DNA of 64,000 bases from Fistulifera solaris (taxonomy: Eukaryota), in the NCBI GenBank assembly GCA_030295235.1, contig AP026133.1, forward strand, positions 682,001 through 746,000, in the 5' to 3' direction. Made by a program: the position numbers and the translations under genes. Positions 14,468-26,964 of this stretch are shown one piece after another. Each line of letters begins with the position of its first letter. The first letter of the stretch is position 1. Under the pieces are notes generated by a model. It was not told where the DNA came from, did not search any database, and worked only from the letters and a program-made list of their open reading frames with translations.

Positions 14468-15650
14468 ATGCGTAAAAGTCACAGTGTTAATTACAGAGCT
14501 ACCTTTGTAGAGGAGGAAGACGACCTCCTCCCTCCTCCGCCTCCGGCCTCCGCCTCGGACTCGGACAGGCCAAGACAGGCGGGACAACGCCCTCCTCGCT
14601 TGCTCTACTCTCCTGCCTCCTGCCGCGCCAAACAGCCCAAACGAACAAAAATGAGGCGAAAATGTCATCAGCGTCGCAGTCATCGGTCATTCACATCTTT
14701 CTTTTGCGATGGTGATGTAATTGGGTAATTTTAAGCACGAAATTCACCACCTCAGGTCCCAACTTGGCAGGATACGCTTTCACTTTAAGTAACATCTCAA
14801 TCAAGGCAAAAATGCGATGGCAGGGTCGTTCACGTCAGGCTTCCGAACGAGGCCAACATGTCAAGACAGCGCAAACTTCAGGATGCACCACAATGGTGAA
14901 TCAAATGGATTTTTTTGTGTGGTTTCGTTCCTGAAATTAGCAGTGAGCATCACATTGAGTTTTATCATCACCTTGTGGAGTACAACAAATCCATTTGGCA
15001 AACGCGGCCGACGCGAAAACGTATCTTGGTGGCACGCTCCATTGTTGACACGATCGTTCGAAGTGGAGGTCGATTTCTATGTTAAGAAAGGATATGTATT
15101 GGGAACAGAAATGTTACTCACTGGACTGTGATGAGTTACGGCGAGGCCATTTTGAAAACGATGGATGCGTTACGTGAGAGTAGCAGATCGAAAGTCGTCG
15201 CCCCCTGTCGTTCGTCTAAGAAACAATGAAATGAACGATGGGCCTTTTGTTTCTTCAATTAACAAAACTCATGTCAATGATCCTGTTGCCATAGAGGTGA
15301 AAATTCAAGTGTCTGGCAGTCAATTCAAGACCACCTTATAATGTCCGAATATGAGAGAGCGGAAGTGAGTTCTGGGGGAGGAAGCAAAGGTAAAGCCGCT
15401 ACATCTTCAAAAAGAAATAACGCCACTGTATCAGGGCTCGACATATGATGACAAGAACATTGCGAGAACGCTCTTTTCATCGGAAATCTCGTCGTCGTCA
15501 TCCACCGAAACGACCTCCAAATCTAGATGCAGTGTTGATGGTCCGGAAAGGAACAAACATGACCAAACGACTAGGTCGAATATCTGGAGATTTGGCTCGG
15601 TCAATGTCGCTGCTCTTCGAGATGGTCTCCAGAAGGTGAGTCGAGTGGCT
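14468..15650 (+). pseudogene. Degenerate DUF6824-like gene remnant, possibly with a HIRAN-like segment
   Basis: The frame from 15002 reads TRKRILVARSIVDTIVRSGGRFLC*...WTVMSYGEAILKTMDALRE, with TAA at 15083-15085. This matches the DUF6824 pattern IV..I...GGRFL...W....A..K...ALR. Further stops lie downstream. Boundaries are approximate. Confidence 0.55.
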
Positions 15651-16596
15651 CGACAACATCTTCGGAGCAAGCGACTTCATCCTATCGTGAAATCGCATGA
15701 AACCGGGTCCAGCACCATACTAAGTGGATCTTAGTAAGCCTTCACAATCATCTTACTACCGCGCCCCTATCATACACTCCCTTGATGGTTTCCGTGGGTA
15801 CTACGTATGAAATGGTTTCTCCTTGCCGTTTTACAAAATGCTGTCTGTCTCAAAGATCACTTTTAGGGGCTTTCGAGTGGATAATGGGCGCAATGTCTCG
15901 CACTTTGCAAGCCTTCACGATGAATCCCTAGGCTATCCAGCCGTAGGTAAACTTCCTACGGGCCTACGCAAAACCAAATACACTTTCAATTCCAAGACAA
16001 AAGGCATTCCTTTTTATCTGATTTGACGTCCTGAAAATTCCATAGGCATAAGATGTAACGCCCACTTTATGAATGATTTACCCCAGCGATAGAAAGGGTT
16101 GTCGAAGAACCCTAAAGTCCAGGCTTGCTTCTCTGTCCATAAAATCTGCTGATGGAGTCTACGTAAAATACACGTAGACGTGTCTTCGCTCGTTTTTCCA
16201 TGATTACATCGAATGGACCTCGCCTGTTACTTGATGGTACGAATATTGCATTATAAATGAACGTAAAGGTGTTATTAATGCAAAAGGACCCAATTATTGG
16301 TGTTGTCGCAATACGCCATATCCGGGTACCTCGTGATGAATTTCCTACGGCAGCTACGTGCAATAAATACACGTAGACTTTCGAAGAGCGTGTTTTCGCC
16401 TTGTTGCACTTCTTTGGACGTTGAAATTTTGTTCTCTTTCCTTTCTTTTCAAAAGCAGTTCATTATAGATCTTTGATACAACTTTTATATGTTCACTATC
16501 AGTTAATACACCCTTATTTGTCAATCAACAATGGTTTTGCGGCTGATTTGCTGAGAAAATTGCTTTTGTAACGTCTCAAAGCCCAGAACATTGAGG

Positions 16597-18842
16597 ATGG
16601 ACATTTTTCCCGGACTATGGACGGCAGGAATTGGCTGCTGGTGGCTTCATTTTTCGGTGGTGTACTGTCGTCGTCTGCGGTATGGTATCTTTCAACGCTG
16701 AAAAGTCACGGCGATACGGAGGAAAACAGCCAGGCACTGTTCTTTTGAAAGGGGCCATGAACATGGACGATATTCGCGAGTCGCTGGAGGAGCTCAAAAA
16801 CATATTGAATGATCTTCCTGTTTCTTTTGATGATTTGGAAACATCGAATAGGAGAACTCCCAGCTTTTAAGAAACGCCGGCCATGGCCTTGGGATCGCCG
16901 AAAACGAAAGAAAACGCATGACAATGTTGACGTAAAGCATGAAGAAGAGGGCATTCATCATGTCTCCGCGGACCATCAAAATTCACCCAGTGTTCCTTCG
17001 CCAGCAAATCCTTCGCTTAAATCCGATTTTTGTATCGGTAGTATTTTTGGGATGGATGTCGGAGGAACACTTGCCAAACTTGTGTACTTTGAACAACGAG
17101 CGCCGGTCAATTCGACGACGGATTCGATAGGTCACCGTGAACGCCTCTATCGCAACGCCGCTAGTGCTCAGACTGTTATCATGGCAAGACAGGGTGTTCA
17201 AGGTGGAAAGACAATTCCTATTTTTCCATTGAGACCTTTGCGTCAGTCTTCCTTGGTAGATCTCGAGAGTAATGTCGAACGCGAAATGCAACGATCGAAG
17301 GAGAAACGACGCAAATCAGAGATTGCCATTTCATCCCCCAAACGCAACACGCCATCGAAGGCTTCCAGCGATGACTTACTACACCTTAAATGGATGCGTC
17401 AACAGAGTGAACCCGATAATTTGCAAGCGTATGCGGATTCTGTTGATAATCGTCCCTTGCCCAAGAGTACTTCGTCTACAGACAACACACTTGACGAATT
17501 AGCTCACGACAGGCATGAACACCAACCGCAGCCTACGAATGGTATGCGTCGTTCAAGATCTATGCTGGATTTTAGTCGCGACCGGGCCGAAGCATTGGAC
17601 CAATTTTACAGTTTTGCTCGGAGACTCGATTCCTATCGCGAAGGCGTCAAGGATGACAAACTTAGCTTTTACAGCCGGGAGCTCCAAGGCGAATTCCACT
17701 TTGTTCACTTCGAAACTCGCCGAATGCAACAGGCCATGGACTTGATAAGGACCAACAATCTGCATTTGAATATCAAAAGATGGGCGCTACCGGAGGAGGG
17801 GCTCACAAATTCGCTGCTGAGTGGGAAAAGGAACTGGGGATTATTATGCACAAAGAGGATGAGCTAGATTCCCTGGTTGCCGGTATGCAGTTTGTTTTGA
17901 GAACGGTGGTGGGCGAATGCTATTCATTTCGTCCTGCAACCAGCACGAGCTCTACTAGTTCTGTCAATCTCTCTCGGGGAACATCTTTCCGCAGTGAACC
18001 ATCGTCTTCATTTGAATTTGAGAGTGAGCTCAATTCGACGAAAGGAACATCCGATAATGGGCAGGAAGTCGAAGGTGTTTTTATACCCGAAACTCCGCCA
18101 CTGGCTGTGGATGAATGGTGGTGGTCGAGAAAAGTACGCCGAGACGCTGTCTCAAGTTCTGAGACTTATCCCTATCTTTTGGTTTCCATTGGAACAGGAG
18201 TAAGTATTCTTCGAGTTGATGGACCACGGAAATACGAACGAATTTCGGGTTCTACGATAGGGGTGGAACATACTGGGGTTTGATCCGTCTATTGACCGAC
18301 ATTGAAGACTTTGACGACGTGATGAGAATGGTAGCAAATGGAGATCCAACTAAAGTAGATATGATGGTCGGTGATATTTATGGAGACAAGAGTGATGCTT
18401 TAGAAAAGCTTGGTCTCCCTGCCAACCTAGTCGCATCTTCTTTTGGAAAATTGGTTGCCAAAGAAGATCCAGCTTCTGGACTGAAACAAGAAGACTTGGC
18501 GAGAGCCTTACTCATGATGATCACGAATAACATCGGTCAAGTCGCATACCTCAACGCCAAGCTCTCAAAAACTAAACGCATTTACTTTATTGGTAACTTT
18601 TTGAGACAAAATAAGATATCACAACGGCGGCTAAGTTTTGCGATCGATTACTGGTCAAAGGGTGAGATGGAAGCTCTTTTCTAGAGCATGAAGGCTATTT
18701 TGGCGCTCTGGGGGCGTTTCTTCTCAGTCAGAATGTGAACGAGCCAGCGAAAACAGAAGAAATGGACGCTACTCGCACCGAAGTATTTTGTAAGCCAGCA
18801 TCCAGCGAAGAAAAGAGAATGACTCGCCGCCCTTCACTGTGA
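16597..18842 (+). CDS. PANK: Type II (fumble-family) pantothenate kinase with long insertions; apparent assembly frameshifts
   Basis: Motifs GMDVGGTLAKLVYF, HFVHFET, GATGGGAHKF, EDELDSLVAG, YPYLLVSIGTGVSI, DMMVGDIYG, ASSFGK, TNNIGQVAYL and LEHEGYFGALGAF; stop at 18840-18842. The start is approximate. Confidence 0.92.
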
Positions 18843-18931
18843 TAATTGTTATCCGAGATATGTTGCTTATATCAGTGAGCTTCCTTGCAAAGTGTGGTTA
18901 ATGCTAGCCTCTTTCTGTCATTCTCCTTTTA

Positions 18932-20095
18932 TTACTGCCGCTTATCGAGCAGTTTCATCATGTTTTGTTTCGTTTCCTCATAAGTCGCGAATTGAATAGC
19001 ACCACTAATCATGGCTTTCCCTACTCGAGGGGCGGCTCCAGCAAACAGTCCCGATAAGCCTTCTGTTTGGGCCAGTCCGACGAGAGTTGTAAGATAGTTC
19101 GTATCGCTTTGCTTCGTAATTTCCGTCGTAGTTGTCTGTGCCATGAGACGATTTCGAACGACATCCAACGGTGTGGTCATGAATTGCGATAAGGCCGTAG
19201 CGGCCGCTCCCACCATCGCACCTTCTGCGGGAGTGACGGGACGGCCACCGGCCAGCTGCTCGTAGAGGACAAATTTCAAAACGTCGGCTGGATATGCGTA
19301 CCAAATATTTTCCCAATATCCCACATAGTAACCTTCCCACAGCGGCACGTTGGTTCGATTGTTCAAAATATCCTCGCGGACGCGGGCGACGGCTTCCCAC
19401 GGATTGGTGGTGTTGACATATCCCGCAATACCCGCTTGTTGTCGCGTCTTGACGACTTCACTCGGATTGCGGACCAGCCAGTAGGGAATTTGGGCGATCC
19501 CTACCGCCAACGAAGTGGAGAGCCATTTGGGAATGTCCCCCGCATAGGACGTCGCTAAAATCGCTTTGGTGGCATCTTTTACGGCAAAAAAGACAGCACC
19601 GGCTGGAATATTCGACAAAAGAGGCACGGTAATGCCGCGATAACTGCCTTTGAGTAAGTTGGGTATATCGAATATAGAATAGGGTGAATTGGGCATTTGC
19701 AAGCGCACAGTGGCCGTGTCGAGTGGGTATTTGACGAGTGTTTTTGTGACGGGAAGACTGGCACCCGCCACCATCCCCGACAAAGATTCTTGTACGGTTC
19801 GCTGAAGAGTCGTATCACTGACTTGTTTCGGTTCTGTCGATTCGACGGCTCGAGTCGACGGACTGGAGGCCGTGAGGGCTACTCCCCCAATGAGAAGTGA
19901 CGTAAGAAACGATTTCCGTGTCACTGGAACGCTACTGAAGCTTTCAGAATAATCCTCTTTAGTCATAGCGATAGCTGAGGGTCTATCTGATCGATTTATG
20001 TGACAAAGCCTTCTTGTCAAATCGATCGGTTCGACCTGAAAACAACTTGATACGAGCGGTGAGAGAATGAGGACAACAGGTCGTAATCTCTTCAT
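18932..20095 (-). CDS. Mitochondrial carrier family protein (SAM carrier-like) with a bipartite plastid-type leader
   Basis: Three carrier signature motifs (YPLDTATVRLQ, NPSEVVKTRQQ, TPLDVVRNRLM) plus GAIQFATYE. The N-terminus is a signal-like leader ending SSCF. Confidence 0.88.
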   Translation of the reverse strand: MKRLRPVVLILSPLVSSCFQVEPIDLTRRLCHINRSDRPSAIAMTKEDYSESFSSVPVTRKSFLTSLLIGGVALTASSPSTRAVESTEPKQVSDTTLQRTVQESLSGMVAGASLPVTKTLVKYPLDTATVRLQMPNSPYSIFDIPNLLKGSYRGITVPLLSNIPAGAVFFAVKDATKAILATSYAGDIPKWLSTSLAVGIAQIPYWLVRNPSEVVKTRQQAGIAGYVNTTNPWEAVARVREDILNNRTNVPLWEGYYVGYWENIWYAYPADVLKFVLYEQLAGGRPVTPAEGAMVGAAATALSQFMTTPLDVVRNRLMAQTTTTEITKQSDTNYLTTLVGLAQTEGLSGLFAGAAPRVGKAMISGAIQFATYEETKQNMMKLLDKRQ

Positions 20096-20626
20096 GATTA
20101 TGATCTCCTGTCGCCCGTTCTGATTGCACTACATACAACAAGGAATGAAGGATGAGATGTGAAGCCCACACGGATACTTCATTGTGAACCCGTTGTGTTC
20201 TTCATCATACTTCGTACTTATTTCTTGCTCGGTTGGCAAAAAATCGTCATCGCGATGAAAAAGGATGAGGCACATTCGTGACCCATTCGTGACCAGACTG
20301 GATTGGAGGAGGTTGAAGTGCGCGACTGCGCGACCACTTTGGGTTGCGCGAATTTTCGCGCACTTTCGAATTCGATTATTGTTTCCGAGAAAAGAAAGAT
20401 CTACCAGGTACCGTGGCCGCAAAACACGACAAACGAAAAAGGCGAAAACGAAAACGAAATTAAAAATGATACCTCTTCTTTATTTTCTTTCTTTATCGAA
20501 TTCTAGAGCACGATTATTGCTGTTATACCTATTATTAAAAGTATTTCCTGTCACAACAATCGACCATCATCCACATTACTGACTACAGAACCTCCAGATC
20601 CCTCACCGAGACCGCTCGATGCACAG

Positions 20627-22196
20627 ATGATGCGATACGTGTTCTTGCGCCTTCTTTTCCTCCTCTGGCACGTCACAACTTCGAGTCCGCTTCCTACCAT
20701 TGAAGTCCAAGGATACAAGTTTTTGACTCCCACACGGGCGAAGAATTCGTCGTACGAGGTATCGATTATTATCCTCGTCCGAACTATGGCGACTTGAATC
20801 ACAATTCACTCGACTTGTTTTCGAGTCAGTATCGTCACATCTGGGAACGGGACGTTGTTTATCTTCAAAATTTGAAGGTCAATGTCGTGCGACTGTACGC
20901 CGTGAATGCCTCACTAAATCATGATGAATTCATGTAAGTTTGGTGTTTGTTTGCAAAAACTCGAAATAAATAGCTCCTTATGGAATCTCACTATATCTTA
21001 TTAGGCACGCCATGGAACGGGCCGGCATCTACGTCATTGTGGCTCTAGCGCACGATTGCCCGACCTGCGCCGTGACCCGAGACGCGGCTCCCGATTGTTA
21101 TCCACCCGAACTAAAGTGGCAAGGGCAGCGTGTCATTCGAGCGTTTCGGCAATACAACAATACTCTAGCCTTTTCTGCAGGAAATGAAGTCAATCACTTC
21201 GCTCCACCCAATCAACCGGAATGGAATGCACCGTGTCAAAAGAAATTTATTCGGGATATGAGAAAGTACATGGCGTCTTGTCCTGGGCGTCAAATTCCGA
21301 TCGGCTTGGTGTCCGCCGACAATGAACGAGAAGATCTTGCGCAGTATTACAATTGTGACGAACAGGATGACTACAATCGCGCCGAGTGGTACGGAATTAA
21401 TACGTACGTTTCTTGTGATGGTGCGGCCCAAACATACAGTGATGCACCAGGATTCAAATTGCTCGAAGAAAGCTTTGCCCAGTTGAACTATTCGATTCCG
21501 GTTCTATTGACCGAGTTTGGTTGCTTGTCCGATTCGTTCCCCACCATTGATGGGTACGAAGGTCAGCGAAATTTCTTACAAGGTAAATGGCTGTTGGAAG
21601 AACCCTCATTACGAGAGCAGTTTAATGGCGGTATCGCCTTTGAATATTCGATAGAGAGAGAGAATGCCGGTCAATATCCGTTCAAGACGTTCAATAAGCA
21701 AGGTTATGGAGTGGGCTATTTTTCACCCGAGCTCTGTGATGATATCAATGTATCTTGCGCATACAATCCAATGCCATCCTATAAGGCTTTACGAAACGTC
21801 TACGCCGAATCCCAGAATGTAACAACCATTCGACGAGAAGATTTTGAAATTGCGGCGAGTCGTTCAGGGAGTAGTCAGTGCCCGACACGGTTTGACCGGA
21901 TAGATGCCTTCGTTTGGAAAGCTGATCAGACTCCTAATTTGGTCTGCGCTATCGAAGACGAAACAAGCTCCCAGATCAGCCATCAACAATCAGTGATTGT
22001 TAGAGAAACTGGCTTCACGAAATTGAGCGTAGGAAACGTTGCGTTGGTGGCTGGATTACTCACGATACTTGGGATTGGAGTCTTTCACAAACGCTTGCGG
22101 CATGAGACTCCGATTATGTCAAACAACGGACCTGACGATTCTGTCCCTTTCCTTTCGTTACAAGGATTCAAACTCAATTATAATTCGATTGCATAG
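20627..22196 (+). CDS. GH72 beta-1,3-glucanosyltransferase-like protein with signal peptide and C-terminal TM helix
   Basis: Motifs RGIDYYP, WERDV, NVVRLYAV, AGIYVIV, AFSAGNEVN, IRDMRKY, YGINTY, PVLLTEFGC and GGIAFEY. Intron 20934-21004; frame break near 20725. Confidence 0.88.
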
Positions 22197-22664
22197 AACC
22201 TATACATATTTACACGGGTATACTCAACCATCATGTGTTACGTTTGAAAATTCAGAACATCAATGGCATCGATGATCAACGATAAAATCAAAGTTAATCA
22301 TCCTTCACCAACAATATAGATTGAAGCGATAAAGGAAGGCAATCGGCAATAGCCACAACCAAACAATGCGACGTGCTACTTTCAGAAGAATTCTACTTGA
22401 CGGGGTATACTTAGATTGTGTACATCCAGTACCAGTAAGGTCCACTTCGAAACCTCTTTCCTTCAACTTTCGTTCTGATTGGCTGAAAAAGCATTCGCAT
22501 TCATTTCATGGTATCTTCTTTCAAAATTGTCGGCACTTTCGACGCAGTACCAGGTATCCGATCCAAATTGCACAGGATGATGTCAATCCATCGAAAGATC
22601 CGATCCATCAATCCACAACAATACTGGTACCAGGTATCAATCAAATCTTGAAATTCCATTCATC

Positions 22665-23455
22665 ATGCTATTCCGTCAAGCCTTCCGCACTTTGTCGCGC
22701 ACGTTTGGTCGTCGCAGAAAGAGCACTGCTACATTTGGTGATGAGGGAGCGTCTTCGTCGGGTAACGGGGCCCTGGTGGCTGCAGTTGGCACCACCTTCG
22801 TCACGTATATGACCGCCGATTTCCTTTCGAACTTCATCCAGCACCCGACTCAGCAGGTAAGTTATACCCCTTGTCTTGCCAAAAACGGCTTTACTCTTGC
22901 CTTTTCTCAATCCTTCGGGCTCAGATGGACTACGGCTACTTCAACCAATTCATTGGCCGGCCTGTGACGCGTAACTGGTGGGGAACTCGCACGGAACATA
23001 TTGTCGGTGTAGCGGCTTGTCTTGCCGTGACGGATCATGCTTCCCAGGCATACTTTTCAAAGTTTTGGCTGGGTGGACGCGCTCTAAGTTTTGCGGCGGC
23101 CCCGGCCACTTTTGTGGCACACACATTCTTCTTCATCTTCACGGGCGTAACCTTATACGTAGGTGTAGATGCAGCATTCAATCCTCAGCATGCGGGCAAA
23201 CGCACTGAAGAGTTCCTCTCGGGAACTTACTCTTCGGCAGTTGGATCGTGCACTGCTTGGTATGAGCCCTACGTGTCTCCGGCGCTGGCTCGCATTGCTG
23301 GGCCAGCCTTTGCAGGAGGCTGGTTCGGTTCCTCGCTTCTCCCGGCAACGCTGGCTTACTCTACCGTCAAAGGATGCGGATGGAATGATTGGGGTAACAA
23401 CGGCTTGAATGATTTGGAGCTTAGTCTCAACGGACTTACGGGGGACAAGGAATAG
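22665..23455 (+). CDS. Hypothetical membrane protein with mitochondrial-type presequence
   Basis: Arg-rich N-terminus MLFRQAFRTLSRTFGRRR. Intron 22857-22924 joins PTQQ|MDYGY. Several hydrophobic segments. Confidence 0.75.
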
Positions 23456-23565
23456 AAGACAAGTCTGATTATAGTTTAGTATGTTAGTGTAATTGATCAA
23501 TATATTTAATTCTGGTCGACGTGATGGATGCTCACTAGCTATCGCTGCGCCTTTCATGCAAAATC

Positions 23566-26500
23566 TCACAACAATCCCTGTTCTTTACGTTCCATGTACT
23601 CGGCGAGACTGATACCCTTTCGAACGCGGTTCGCTCGTATAGCTTTTTTGCGGCTTCCTCCCAAAATGGTATCCATAACTGTTGCTTGCGCCAGACTTTC
23701 TTCATCGATCGTAAACTGATGTCTGTCTCGGAGAGCTGCAGCTTTACCCTGGGACTCGTTAATTAATGTGGGGGTTTGCGCCTCAGTATAAGCACCGCCT
23801 GCGTTTTCCTTCGAGCCTCCTTCGCTTTCTTTCGCCTCCTCGGACTTCTTTTCTTCATCGTTGGTTTGTCCTACTTCCCACAAAATCTTCGGTTTCACGC
23901 GGCGGCGAGCATAAGGGTTGAACGCAGCTTTTTCGGTTGCACCGCTGGTTCCCTCTTTCATTGATTTATTGGCCTCGCGATCAGCGCGCTGGTTCGCTTG
24001 GACCGCACGCTCGTTGACCTTTGCCCAATTCATGTCCTTTGCACGGCTGCTCAATTTTTTTCTTCCTATTTTCGACGATCTCTTTCATTGTGCGTTCTTC
24101 GCTTAGCAGCTCCTCGAGTCGCCTTTGGGCGGTCTCGTACACCTTTTCGGCTTCGCGGACGTTTCTGGTCAGTTCTGTTTCGTCGGCGATACTTTCAGAT
24201 TCCATCAACGCTTTCTTTGCCTGACTTAGCCGACTGTCCATCTCCGCAGCATATTCTCGAGCGGCTTGTACAGCAATTGCCATTTTGGTTTGTTCCAAGC
24301 CAAGATTACCAGACTTCTTTCCCAGTTTCTTGCGCTGTTCCAGGTTTCGCTCAATATCTTCCGTCGTGTAGGTATAGTTGGTGATAAGGTCATCTTGCAA
24401 GCGACGGAGTTTATTTGCCCGACGCTTTGTCAAGACTTCCAGTCTGTGATTTTTTTTGCGTAGTGACATATTTGACGACATCAATTTCTTCAGGAACAGC
24501 ATCCGAGATCAAGAACATAGGAAAGTCACGCTCACTAGTTCCAAATTTCAAACGGAGGGTTTTGTTGGTGGAAATGGGTTTGTCGCCTTTCTTCGCAACA
24601 GGAAATTTGTAAGTTTTATTTGTTGTGACAACATCGACGATCTCGCAAAGACGGTAAACCTTTTCACCATTCTCGTCTTCGCCAATGAACAACCGAACGA
24701 AACATTCCAAAATCGCAGCGTTGAAAAAGGGTTCGTTGCACCAACGAGCAAGTCTACGCCGAGGGATTGTAACTTTTATGAAGTCCTCGAGTCCAGCTTC
24801 TATATCTGTTAAAGCCTTCGCCCCGCGGACTTCCTTCTTCTTTGCAACAGCCTCCTCTTCGTCCTCGTCATCTATATCCATATCGTCACTAGAGTCACCT
24901 GCTTCGTCAAGTCTTGAAACAGTCGAACGGGCTGCTCGGTCTTTTTTCTGCCACGGCTTTAACTGAACATCTTCGTCGTAGTCCTCGTCCGAATCGTCAT
25001 CATCGTCGTCAAATCCAAGATCACTATCGTCAGATGAATCGTCTCGTTGCTGCTGTTGTTGAAGTTTCTTTTCCTTTTTAAGAGCAGCAAGAGCGGCGGC
25101 TTTCTTACTTTTAGCCCCGGTTTTATCACGGTCTCGGGCTGATTCACGGCGTCCAGCCAAAGTTTTTGCTAGTTCTTCATCACCTTCGGTCTTGGACTTT
25201 TTAGCAGGCTGCTTGGCCGGTGCAGCCTTTCGTTTGCCTGTTTGTGTTTTGCCTTCTTTGGTAGCCAGCTCACTTTCCTTGCGCCTGCCGGTAATCGATT
25301 TCATGAGGGACATGAACGCATGACGAGACATAAAAACGAAATACTTACTTAGCCTCTCTGATTGCCTTTCTCATGTCCTGCTCCGCTTTCAGCTTATCGA
25401 ATCGCTCAGCAAGAATAGCTTCACGCTCTAGTTCCGGTAGCGAATCGAGATGCTTTCGGTCAGCTTCGTCACGAATCAAAGCTTCTGTGTTATTAATGTC
25501 TAATTCTACCTCATCGTAATCGTCCTCATCGTCACTGATTTCATCTTCTCCGATCGCATCGTCTTCAACAATGGCCTTCTTTGACGCCGCGGCTCTCTTA
25601 GGTCGTGACTTTGGTGCAACTTCAGCAAAACCTTCGTCGTCGTCATCCTCCTCTTCCTCCACATCCTCGTCGCTCGAGTCCGACTCCAGTTCCATCTCAT
25701 CCTCATCGTCGTCGTCGTCTTCATCTTTTAGAGGTTTGCGGATCTGCTTCCCACGAGTTCCTAGGGAAGAAACGATCTTTGCCGCTTTCTTCTTTGCCGG
25801 CTCTGTTTTCTTGGGTGCCGGTTGCCGCAATTGCTTTCCGCGAGGTGTTGCCTTTGAAATTTGGTTCGTCGCCGGTTCTTCAGTTTCTTCGGGTTCCGGT
25901 TGTCGCAATTGCTTTCCTCGAGACGGCGAAATCGAAGTTTCAACCTTTATAGCAGCTTCAACGGGGGCAGGTTCTGGTGGCCGCAGCTGCTTGCCTCTTG
26001 ATGGAGATGCAATCTGGTTGACAGAATTAGACGTCTCCGGTTCCTTTTTCAATGCTGTAGGAGCAGTTGCAGAAGACGCGGGCTGTTCTTCTTCAGGTGG
26101 ACGAAGGGTTTTCCCACGACTAAGATTCACCAATGCTTTACCACCTGATACACGCTGCACGGGCCGAACCAGCGCGTCCTCCTCTTCTTCCGATTCTTCG
26201 AGATCATCCTCCGACTCTTCTTCCTCGTTTGGTGCCATACGGGTAAGCGATTTTCCACCACTGCGCGGCATCACTTGGTAAGTGGCAGGTTTCTTACCGG
26301 ATTCTTCTTCTTCGTTGTCGTCGTCGTCTTCTTCTTCTTCTTCTTCGCTGTCCTCCTCTTCATCATCATCGTCGTCGTCGTCGTCATCATCATCGTCATC
26401 AGGGGCTGCCATTCGCAACAGATTCTTGCCACCGCTGCGTTGCATGACGCGAACTGGTTGATGATTCGCCGTAACGTCTTCTATTTCATCATCATCGTCG

Positions 26501-26964
26501 TCGTCCTCCAAGGCGTCTTCATCGGAATCTGCTTCTTCCTCGTCATCATCTTGTCCACTAATAACCAAAAGAGGTAATTTGTCAGAGCACGTGTGTACAT
26601 AAACAAACAACCGTTCCTGATTTACTATACTTACGGAGGATGCAGATATTTGCCGCCATGTCCTCGCAGTTGTTTCCCTCCTCCTCTAGCCTGAGAAATA
26701 GAATAGTTCTGTTCTTCTTCCTCCGACGATTCCTCTTCGTCATCCTCCAGCGGACGAAGACCTTTGCCACCACTAACTCGCAATTGCTTGCCGCCGCCGT
26801 AGGGGTCGTTGTTATCGTTGTTGCTGCTACTACTAGGGGCTGTGCGTCGAATATTCGGCTGAGAGTGTCGTGGAAAAGAGGCGTTAGTAAGTGATATTGC
26901 TATCCCCGAACGAAAAGAGCCGTCAGCGATGCTCTAGCTCTCCCATTCTCTTTCTTCTTACCAT
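23566..26964 (-). CDS. RTF1: RTF1 (PAF1 complex) homolog with Plus3 domain and long acidic N-terminus
   Basis: HMD-like DRKHLDSLPELEREAILAER and Plus3 IPRRRLARWCNEPFF...FVRLFIG...YRLCEI. Introns 26859-26961 (after an ATG-only coding exon), 26558-26634 and 25285-25348. Homopolymer frame breaks near 24455 and 24055. Confidence 0.9.

Noticed and set aside
25571..26577. Long plus-strand Ser/Phe/Val-rich ORFs
   Set aside because: Antisense shadows of the acidic RTF1 exons. The same applies to the shadow ORFs over 28104-28577, 29711-30337 and 49820-50308.
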